Shown: one piece after another, positions 22,301 to 31,431 of the stretch | Position numbering within the stretch: position 1 is the stretch's first letter | How the letters are laid out: each line of letters begins with the position of its first letter | Source of the DNA: Octopus bimaculoides | Lineage: Eukaryota | Reading direction: 5' to 3' | Assembly: GCF_001194135.2 (NCBI RefSeq) | Contig: NC_069009.1 | Location: forward strand, 694,718-728,794 | Length of the DNA: 34,077 nucleotides | Position numbers and translations under genes: made by a program | Notes under the pieces: generated by a model | Seen by the model: the letters and a program-made list of their open reading frames with translations, nothing else | What the model was told of the DNA's origin: nothing | The model's database searches: none

Positions 22301-23310
22301 AACATGTAAAACTTCATTTTTGTTCATCAAATTAATTCTTTCTTTTATTTTATTAGTACAACAACAAATTTGATGAGTATTTTGAAATATCAATATTCAT
22401 AAAATTACTAGATTTACTAATGAGAACAAGAAAAACTATTTCAGCTTTCTTATTTTACTAGTCATTGGAGTGTGGCCATGTTGGGGCACAACCTTTTTGT
22501 TTTTATTTGTATACCAAAAAATTTGATGAGTATTTTGAAATACCAATATTCATAAAATTACTATATTTACTAATGAGAACAAGGAGAGCTATTTCATCTT
22601 TCTTATTTTACTAGTCATTGGAGTGTGGCCATGTTGGGGCACAACCTTTTTTTTATATTTGTATTCCAAAAAGTTTGATGAGTATTTTGGAATATATCAA
22701 TTTTCCAAATGCTAACAGATTTACTAACAAAAACATGAAATGAATTTGGTCAACAAAATACATAAACTAACAAAAAGACACTTTCCATCGAAAGGATTTT
22801 GCCTAAGTGGCATTAGTTTTGGCAGGAAAATAAAAATGAAGACAGATTCTTTATGAATGCACTTCATATAAAGCTTTTGTCTTCTCCACAAAATAAATTC
22901 TGGCAATAGAAATAAACACATGGCAGTAAGAACACGTAAAACTTCATTTTTGTTCATCAAATTAATTCTTTCTTTTACTTTATTGGTAAACCAATAAATT
23001 TGATAAATATTTTGAAATGTCAGTATTCATAAAATTACAAGAATGAGAACAAAGAAAACCATTTCATCTTTAACTAGTTATTGGGGTGTGGTCATGCTGG
23101 GGCACAACCTTTCTTTTATTGGTAAACCGACCAGTTTGTCGAATATTTTGAAATGTCAATATTCATGAAATTACAAGATTTACCAATGAGAACAAAGAAA
23201 ACTGTTTCATTTTTCATCTTTTAATTATTTAAGTCATTGAAGTGCGGCCATGCACCAACAAATTTGATATTTTGGAATATCAATATTCTCAATGTTAACA
23301 GATTTATTAA
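22301..23310. repeat. Two-level tandem repeat in the A3 3' flank (630-bp unit containing ~152-bp subunits)
   Basis: aaca(t/c)gtaaaacttcatttttgttcatcaaattaattctttctttta at 22301 and 22931; tgatgagtatttt at 22371, 22524 and 22676. Confidence 0.85.
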
Positions 23311-23389
23311 GAAAAACAGCGTCGCCTTAATTGGCACATGTGCTGGTGGCACGTGAAAAACAACATTCAAACTCCTGCATGAATGAGCT

Positions 23390-23860
23390 TGTTTAGTTAA
23401 TTGGCTTCAATCAGATAATGATTTATCATAAATATCACAGTGATAAGTTTACTCTCCTGTATGAAGAAGTTTGTGTTTAATTCAGTGACCATTTTCAGAG
23501 AACGACTTAGGCTTATCACACACATTTCAGTGATATGGCTTTTTACTCTGTATGACTGCATTTGTGTTTTCTCAATTACTTTTAGGGAATGGTTTACCAC
23601 AGATATCACAGTAATAAAGTTCCAGTTCTGTTTCAAAGAGCATGATTTAGTAAAGTGACCAGTTTCAGTGAAGAATTCACCACAAATGCGACAGTGATAA
23701 GGTTTTAGTCCTGTATGAATGAGTTTGAGTTTAGTTAAGTTACCAGTTTCAATCAAGTAAATCAGATGTCACAATGATATGGGTTCTCTGCTGTATGTGT
23801 TTGTGTTTAGTTAAACATCTGTCATCAGAGAATGGTTTAACAGATATCACAGTGAGATGC
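23390..23860 (-). pseudogene. Decayed C2H2 finger array downstream of the A3 stop
   Basis: About 5-6 broken fingers, e.g. KPYHCRICGEFFTETGHFTK in ORF 23397-23756, and a second ...HTGE* at 23449-23451. Confidence 0.85.
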
Positions 23861-25300
23861 TTACTCTCCGGTATGAATAAGTTTGTGTTTAGTTAAGTCA
23901 CCATTTTCAGAGAATGATTTACCACAGATTTCACAGTGATATGACGTTTCTCCTGTATGAATGTGTTTGTGTCTAGTTAAGTTACTACTCTGAGAGAATG
24001 ATTTACCACAAATATCACAGTGATATTTTTTCTCAACTGCATGAATACGCTTATGCTGCGTTAAGTAGCCGGTGTCAGAGAACGATTTACCACACACATC
24101 ACACAGGTAACGTTTCTCCCCTGTATGAATATGTTTGTGAGAAGTTAAGGTACCTTTTTTAGAGAAAGACTTACTGCAGACGTCACAGTGATATGGCTTC
24201 TCACCTGTGTGAATGCGAACATGGTTAGTCAACTGATCATTTCGAGTGAATGATTTATCACAGATATCACAGCAATATGGTTTCTCTTCAGTATGAATAC
24301 GTTGGTGAGTAACTAAGTTAGCTTTTTGAGAGAATGATTTAGCACAGACATCACAGTGATATAGCTTCTGTCCTGTATGAATGCGCTTGTGTCTAATCAA
24401 GACTGTAGCATCAGAGAATGACTTGCCACAGGTGTTACAATGATATGGTTTCTCTCCTGTATGAGTACGCTTGTGTACAGTTAAACCACTACTTTCAGAA
24501 AACGATTTACCACAGATATCACAGTGATATGGTTTCTCTCCTGTATGGATATATTTGTGTTTAATTAAGTTACCTTTTTGGCAGAAGGATTTTCCACAGA
24601 TGTCACAATTATATGGTTTCTCACCTGCATGAATATACTTGTGTCTATTTAAGTCACTACTTTGAGTGAATGATTTACCACAGGTATCGCAGTGATGTTG
24701 TTTCTCTCCTGTATGAATGTGCATGTGTTTAGTGAAGCGGCCTTCATCAGAGAATGATTTATCGCAGATATCACAGTGGTATGGTTTTTCCACTGAATGA
24801 ATACGTTTATGTTTAGTTAAGGAACTATTCACAGAAAATGATTTACCACAGACATCACAGAAATATGGCTTTTCCCCTGTATGAATGCGTATGTGACTAG
24901 TTAAGTGATCACTTTGAATAAATGATTGACCACAGACATCACAGTGATATGGTTTTTCTCCTGTATGAATACGTTTGTGTTTAGTTAAGGCACCATTTTG
25001 AGCAAATGATTTACCACAGATTTCACAGTGATGTGGTTTCTCTCCTGTATGAATAAATTTATGTGTATATAAGCTGCTATTTCGAGGGAACGACTTGCCA
25101 CAGATATCACAGCGATATGGCTTCTCTCCTGTATGAACAGATTTATGCTTAGTCAGTTTGTTCTTTTGAGAGAATGATTTGCCACAAATATCACAATGAT
25201 ACGATTTTTTACCTTTCTCAATCTTTACATCATCAGGAAAGTCAATCCTTTTTGTTTCTGCTTCACATTTAAACTTGTTTACACTTAAATCCTTTTCCAT
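23861..25300 (-). CDS. C2H2 zinc-finger protein, type A (A3), 16 fingers, 479 aa
   Basis: 33-aa leader + 16x28 aa minus the final KP = 479; stop in the linker (TGE*). Confidence 0.95.
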   Translation of the reverse strand: MEKDLSVNKFKCEAETKRIDFPDDVKIEKGKKSYHCDICGKSFSQKNKLTKHKSVHTGEKPYRCDICGKSFPRNSSLYTHKFIHTGEKPHHCEICGKSFAQNGALTKHKRIHTGEKPYHCDVCGQSFIQSDHLTSHIRIHTGEKPYFCDVCGKSFSVNSSLTKHKRIHSVEKPYHCDICDKSFSDEGRFTKHMHIHTGEKQHHCDTCGKSFTQSSDLNRHKYIHAGEKPYNCDICGKSFCQKGNLIKHKYIHTGEKPYHCDICGKSFSESSGLTVHKRTHTGEKPYHCNTCGKSFSDATVLIRHKRIHTGQKLYHCDVCAKSFSQKANLVTHQRIHTEEKPYCCDICDKSFTRNDQLTNHVRIHTGEKPYHCDVCSKSFSKKGTLTSHKHIHTGEKRYLCDVCGKSFSDTGYLTQHKRIHAVEKKYHCDICGKSFSQSSNLTRHKHIHTGETSYHCEICGKSFSENGDLTKHKLIHTGE

Positions 25301-26514
25301 AGTTTTCCTTTTCTTATCAGGATATACACAAATTTTCTTCTGTGTGTTTTTGTATTATATTCCTAGCAAGTATTACTACTGCTATATTTCCATCAACTGT
25401 GATTTTTGGTGATATCTGAAGATGCTGCAAACTCCTTTGTAAATCATTCCAACTTTTAAAATAAGTATGTAAAACAATTTCGTATATAATATATGCAACG
25501 AAAAACAGAAATTAAAATGCAAAATTAGTTTGTGTACTTTTCAGGAAGTGAAGAAGATAAATATTGATATTTATCTTGGTTCAAAAATACAAAAAGAATT
25601 TACCAGGAATTCACCATAGATTTATATAAAAAGAATTCTTTATAATATTTTCCCTTAGTCTTTGAAAAGATGATGAATGTTGACCATGTATTTGAAGTAA
25701 ATAGTTCTTTGCAGTTTCTGATATTCTGAAATAATAGAGTAACAAGAATGTAAGATAATGAGGATAGTTAAAAAGTAGAGGTACAACAGGGGAAATTTCT
25801 TTTGGATTAATTTTTGGATATATATTCTTATACATGTATGATGAGCTTTCTACAGTTACCATCAACCAAATTCATTAATAAAGCATCCATTGGTACAAGA
25901 CTATAGTAGAATATACATGTCCAAAATGCTATGCTGCAGGACTGAACCTGGGACCATGTGGTCGTGAAGCGAATGTCTAAGAGAGAGAGTAAGAGCTGTA
26001 ACTGACATGTCCAGAAATCATTTACTACAGGGTGCAAATGAGGGGGTGTTTGTGATACCCTAATATACATATAAACACGTCTATTATGTATCGCGTCTGC
26101 AGCTTCAAAATCAGCTTCATTCTGACAAGATACAAATTTATTGTTAAAGATGAGTGGTTTTTCATAGAAAAGGTGAATACAATGGCATAACACACTGATT
26201 CACTGTTTACATCTAGAAACGATAAGTTGACGAAGACTATGTGAATCTTTCATGATTTAAGCAGTAATTTAGAGGTGGAAACACGCAACTACATTGTTAT
26301 GCTTAATGGTAATCTCCGATGTTTAAAATAAGAAAAAAAAACCCCAAGAAATTAAGTGTTTTGGTGTAACAGATCATTTTCGACTCTATACTACAGGATT
26401 ATCACTTTATTCTAACGATCGGAATATTTATATTATTTTATTTGTTTCAGTCATTTAACTACGGCCATGCTGGAGCACCGCTTTTAGTAACAAGTAAAAG
26501 AGAGTAAAAGAGAA

Positions 26515-26730
26515 TGATCGCAAATTTTGGCACAAAGCCAGCAATTATGAGGGAGTCGGTAAGTCAATTACATTGACGCCAGTGTTCAACTGGTACTTAT
26601 TTTATCAACTCCGAAAGAATGAAATGCAAAGATGACCTCGGCGAAGTTTGAACTTGGAATGTAAAGATGGTTAAAATGCCGCTAAGCATTTTGCCAGTCG
26701 TGCTAACGATCCTACCAGCTCCCCACCTAG
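26515..26730 (-). mobile_element. SINE family 2 (other copies about 515-690 and 22130-22275, also -)
   Basis: Shared block ccagt..aactggtacttattttat..gaaaggatgaaaggcaaagt.gacctcg..gaatttgaactc in three places; the reverse complement has a tRNA-like head (agctggtaggatcgttagc..gttcaaa). Confidence 0.75.
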
Positions 26731-26831
26731 CAGGATAATATTAAAATCGATCTCTGACTAGCAACATTTAAAAGGTGTTCGATTCCCAATGTATACTTTA
26801 ATTTTACAAAATCATAAATTATATATCTTAC

Positions 26832-27839
26832 CTATTATTGCGGTATAAACCAGTGTTTACGGTGAAATAGGTTTTAATTACACGAAAACGTCCTTCATAC
26901 ACCAAGTGCGATTTAACCCGGACTAAAAGTTGACAACGGAACTTTATAAAAAGCGACTCGGCAACACAAACGGCGAAATGTAATTAATTTATCTGTAAAT
27001 ACGCTACTAGATATCTATGTATTATCTCTAATATATATATATTTTTTTCTGTGTGTGTGTGTGTGTGTGTANNNNNNNNNNNNNNNNNNNNNNNNNNNNN
27101 NNNNNNNNNNNNNNNNNNNNNNNNNNNNNNNNNNNNNNNNNNNNNNNNNNNNNNNNNNNNNNNNNNNNNNNNNNNNNNNNNNNNNNNNNNATAAACATAT
27201 AAACATATAAACATAAACATATAAACATATAAACATAAACATATAAACATATAAACAAAAGGACATGAAGCTGGTTGCATGGATAAATCTGTGGTCTATA
27301 CGGGTGGCAACGAATTAAGTAGCTTGCGTTTGAGTATGGAGTAGCCAAGCCTAAGATGGTATATTTGGATTATCAGTGGCCAGGGGTTTGAAGTTTAACG
27401 TCGCATATAGGACCCAGGGTAATGTTTTGAAATATTTTGGAGGGGGCGAAAGTACGTCTTATTACTCTATCAATAACGCTAGTTTTTAATTACAAAAGAA
27501 AAAAGCGAAGTAATTACTAACTTAGTAAGTTCGATACTAAACTAATTTCCCTACTTTAATTTCTATACGACCAAGTTAACATTTAAAATTTTCTCTTTAT
27601 TTATTCATAACAGGTTGAATTCAATTTAAGGAGTAAATGAATATAATGAAAGGGTTTCTGAATGTTTCAGATATGAAATTACGTTAGGAACTTTTAACTT
27701 ATGACACCGGGATTATTCTGAAAGGGTAATTATCGACTACACCGGCTACTTTGTTTCTAATTAGTAGAAGTAATTTAATTATTCCCTGTTGTAATTGTGT
27801 CCTGTTAAAGTAAACATTAATGTTTGTGGATATGATAAG
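26832..27839. promoter_or_regulatory. Putative bidirectional promoter between A3 exon 1 (-) and B3 exon 1 (+)
   Basis: cttacctattattgcggtataaaccagtgtttacggtgaaata matches A1 cttacctgttgttgctgtataaaaccagtgtttactgtaaaata. 27750-27950 matches the B1/B2 block (tttctaattagt, gtaaacattaatgtttgtgga, ttaattggtt, tcaggaca). The + donor AAG|GTGAAC is weaker. Confidence 0.55.
27030..27256. repeat. Compound microsatellite (TA)n/(TG)n, gap, then (ATAAACAT)n
   Basis: Seen directly. Other simple repeats: (CA)n 2639-2657, (GGT)n/poly-G 5279-5313, and (TA)n near 6375, 9709, 10367, 21334 and 31052. Confidence 0.9.
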
Positions 27840-28342
27840 GTGAACTATGTTTCAGCTTTGGTGCTTCATCCCCTTCGTGGTTTATCATTTCCTTTCATCC
27901 TCAAACTACATTGTTAATTGGTTGTTCCCTATTTTACTGGGTCAGGACAAATAAGGATCGCTTAAGGGTCGTACCGAAAGATCGCCCAAATATTATTTGG
28001 ATTACCACAATAGAACACATGGTTCACTTTTTAACACGTAAGAGAAGGTTATACAGACAAATGTCGAGTTTTTGATCGACAAATCTTACAACGTCATGTT
28101 TACACTTTTTAATTTCTTTACCGAAAAATCGACGCGCCTCTGTCTGCGGCAGCGTGAGCTCCACTTGGATAATATCCTGTCGCACACAAACACTAAAGAA
28201 AACAGTAAAAGAAACCTCTGTAAGTCGAAACTATACTTTTATTTCGTATTGCGATATCCAAGACAAGAGACTAAACTTTAAGAGACGATACCTGCAGACG
28301 TTTCTCTTAGTTTTTTTTTTAAAGAATTTCTGTAGAATTAAT

Positions 28343-29896
28343 ATGGAATTGGACACTTTTAACTCTATTAATTCAGTAACACAGACACACAGCGATGAGA
28401 AACCTTTATGCAGTGAAACAATTATTGAACAAACATCGTTAGAGAGAAATATTCCTGGACATTGCAGTGAAATTTACCAGAAAATATTTCCTGAAGGTGA
28501 ATCGTATACGTATAAAGAAATTCATAATGGGGAAAACTCTTATCATTGTGAGATTTGTGCGAAAGATTTTGTTTCTAACAATAAATTAACAAAACACAAG
28601 AGGATACATACTGGAGAAAAACCCTATCACTGTGAAATTTGTGGGAAATCATTCTTTGAAAAGTCTAGCCTCCTTCGTCACCAAAGAATTCATACTGGAA
28701 AGAATTTGTTTCACTGTGAAACGTGTGGTAAGTCTTTTGTCTGTAATAGTAATTTAACAGCACACAAAAGAACACATACCGGAGAAAAACCTTATGAGTG
28801 TGATATATGTGAGAAGTCGTTCTCTGATAAATCTACTCTTGTAGTTCATCGGAGAATACACACCGGAGAGAAACTATTTCACTGTGAAATATGCGGCAAG
28901 TCGTTTGTCTGTAACAGCAGTTTAACATCTCACAAGAGGACACATACTGGAGAAAGACCGTATCACTGTGATGTGTGTGGGAAATCGTTTTCTGATAATT
29001 CTACTCTTGTCGTTCATCGAAGAATTCACACGGGGGAGAAAATATTCCACTGTGAAGTGTGTGGAAAGTCTTTTGTTTTTAATAGTGACTTGAAGCGGCA
29101 CAGCAGAATCCACACTGGGGAAAAACCGTATCTTTGTGAAATCTGTGAGAAATCGTTCTGTGATTATTCCCATCTCTTACGTCACCGAAATATACACACT
29201 GGAGAGAAAATGTATCGTTGTGAAATATGTGGGAAGTGTTTTGTTTTTAAGAGTAATTTGAAAAAACACGTAAGAATACACACTGGAGAGAAACCTTACG
29301 AGTGTGAAGTCTGTGGCAAATCCTTTTCTGACCATTCTGGATTTGTAGTTCATCGAAGAATACATACTGGAGATAAACGATTCCATTGCGGGATATGCGA
29401 GAAGTCGTTTGTTACAAATTGTGATTTAAAGAGGCATAATAGAATACACAGTGGCGAAAAACCCTATCCGTGTGAGATTTGTGGCAAATCGTTTATGATA
29501 AAAAGTACGTTAACAAAACACAACAGAATTCACACTGGAGAAAAGCCATATCATTGCGAAATATGTGGAAAGTCGTTCTGTGACAACTCTAGTCTTTCAG
29601 TTCACCGAAGAACACACACTGGTGAAAAACGATTCCAATGTGAGATATGCAGCAAGTCGTTTGTCACTAATGGTCACTTGAAATCACATAAAAGAATTCA
29701 CACTGGAGAAAAACCTTTCCACTGTCAGACTTGTGGGAAATCGTTTCGTGAAAATTCTTATCTTGTAATACACAAAAGGATACACACAGGAGAGAAACCC
29801 TTCCACTGTGACTTGTGTGGGCTGTCTTTTGTATCTAACAGTGATTTAACAAAGCACATCAAGAAACATACTGGAGATAAAACTATTCCACCATGA
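28343..29896 (+). CDS. C2H2 zinc-finger protein, type B (B3), 16 intact fingers plus 1 degenerate, 517 aa
   Basis: Start placed at MELDT (28343) rather than the ORF-track start 28154, because the context gaattaatATGGaattggacact aligns with B1/B2 gaattgatATGG..ttggacact. The ORF ends after an apparent +1 A in the last linker. Confidence 0.93.
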   Translation: MELDTFNSINSVTQTHSDEKPLCSETIIEQTSLERNIPGHCSEIYQKIFPEGESYTYKEIHNGENSYHCEICAKDFVSNNKLTKHKRIHTGEKPYHCEICGKSFFEKSSLLRHQRIHTGKNLFHCETCGKSFVCNSNLTAHKRTHTGEKPYECDICEKSFSDKSTLVVHRRIHTGEKLFHCEICGKSFVCNSSLTSHKRTHTGERPYHCDVCGKSFSDNSTLVVHRRIHTGEKIFHCEVCGKSFVFNSDLKRHSRIHTGEKPYLCEICEKSFCDYSHLLRHRNIHTGEKMYRCEICGKCFVFKSNLKKHVRIHTGEKPYECEVCGKSFSDHSGFVVHRRIHTGDKRFHCGICEKSFVTNCDLKRHNRIHSGEKPYPCEICGKSFMIKSTLTKHNRIHTGEKPYHCEICGKSFCDNSSLSVHRRTHTGEKRFQCEICSKSFVTNGHLKSHKRIHTGEKPFHCQTCGKSFRENSYLVIHKRIHTGEKPFHCDLCGLSFVSNSDLTKHIKKHTGDKTIPP

Positions 29897-30200
29897 CATG
29901 AATGGGCAATCTTTGTATCTGACAGTGAATTAGCAAAACTGTTAAAGAAAAGTACTGAAGAAAAAAAACTATTCCACTGAAAAATTTGGGGAAACTTTTG
30001 TGTCTGACAATGACTTATCATACTCAAAGAATACCCACAGATGACAAAACCCTTCCACTGCAATATGTACGGGATGTCTTTTTGTATCTAATAGCGATTG
30101 GGGAATATTTTGCACAGGACTTTAGTTTTGCCATTCACACTGCAAAATGACTTTATCATTGTGAAATATGCTGGAAATAATTTGTTTCTTGCAGAAGCTT
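29897..30200 (+). pseudogene. Decayed C2H2 fingers downstream of the B3 stop
   Basis: aaactattccac / aaacccttccactgc / tttgtatctaatagcgat motifs continue out of frame after the stop. Confidence 0.75.
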
Positions 30201-30297
30201 AAAAAGGCGAGGAATCCTTCTCTTATAAATGTAAACTTATAATCCACCAACAAGTAGACATTTGTGAATATTTACCATGAGGATATATGCTGGAAAT

Positions 30298-30664
30298 GGA
30301 GGCGCAATGGCCCAGTGGTTAGGGCAATGGACTTGCGGTCATAGGATTGCAGTTTCGATTCCCAGACCGGGTGTTTATTGAGCGAAAACACCTAAAGCCC
30401 CACGAGGCTCTGGCATGGGATGGTGGCGAACCCTGCTGTACTCTTCCACCACAACTTTCTCTCACTCTTACTTCCTGTTTCTGTTGTGCCTGTAATTCAA
30501 AGGGTCAGCCTTGTCACACTGAATATTTCCCGAGAACTACTTTAAGGGTACACGTGTCTGTGGAGTGCTCAGCCACTTGCACTTAATTTCACGAGCAGGC
30601 TGTTCTGTTGATCGGATCAACTTGAACCCTCGACGTCGTAAGCGATGGAATGCCAACAACAACA
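30298..30664 (+). mobile_element. tRNA-derived SINE, family 3, with (CAA)n tail and 13-bp TSD
   Basis: Head ggcgcaatggcccagtggttagggca..gtttcgattccc; flanked by perfect atatgctggaaat at 30285-30297 and 30665-30677. Confidence 0.88.
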
Positions 30665-31051
30665 ATATGCTGGAAATAATTTGATTCTAAGAGAGACTTA
30701 AAAAGGCACCAATTACACAGTGGTGAGAAGGGTTTTAACCCTGAAACCTGAGAAACCCTTCTTATAAATCTAAACACATAATCCACTAACAAGTAGATAT
30801 TTGTGAATATTTACTATGAGGAAATATACTGGAAACCTTTCCTTTTGGTTTATTTTCTTGTATTTTACTAATGTGCTTTTTGAGAGAAAGCATTTCCGTA
30901 AAGTCATCATTATCGTTTAACGTCCGCTTTCCATGCTAGCATGGGTTGGACNNNNNNNNNNNNNNNNNNNNNNNNNNNNNNNNNNNNNNNNNNNNNNNNN
31001 NNNNNNNNNNNNNNNNNNNNNNNNNNNNNNNNNNNNNNNNNNNNNNNNNNN

Positions 31052-31084
<33 letters not shown>

Positions 31085-31431
31085 CTATATATATACACAC
31101 ATATATATATATATATCCATATATATATGTTCATGATAGCTTTCCCATAGAAGACAATGTCTGAGTGTTCAGTAATGAGAACAGAAATAACATCAACGAA
31201 TTTGAAATTAAAAAAAAAAGCAACATTCAGACAAATGCCCCATTCAAGTGAAAAGTCACAAGAAACATTCACAAGAATGGCGCATCCACAACAGCATATT
31301 ATCCGCAGAGAAAAAGATAAGCACACAATATAGTTATTTACACAATTTAACTATCTACAGATAAAAATTGTACAACACACTTAAGTTGTTTACGCTATTT
31401 ACAATTTACTTATGTAGAGACAAAAATTCTA

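Noticed and set aside
23861-23863. Stop-codon readthrough by A-to-I editing restoring longer arrays
   Set aside because: TAA would need two edits, and the next finger in A3 is already frameshifted, so little would be gained; there is no evidence in the sequence.
28154-28342. 63-aa N-terminal extension of B3 in the ORF track
   Set aside because: It runs through intron-like poly-T sequence; the B1/B2 start context aligns to the Met at 28343.
2834-30063. Short ORFs antisense to or frameshifted on ZNF exons (2834-3043, 7799-8002, 17697-17900, 17755-17964, 23440-23658, 28922-29173, 29177-29386, 29758-30063)
   Set aside because: They are shadow ORFs of repetitive finger codons with no independent protein features.
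31157-31333. 58-aa ORF MSECSVMRTEIT... after gap 30952-31051
   Set aside because: Short, with no recognisable motif and no homolog elsewhere in the window.
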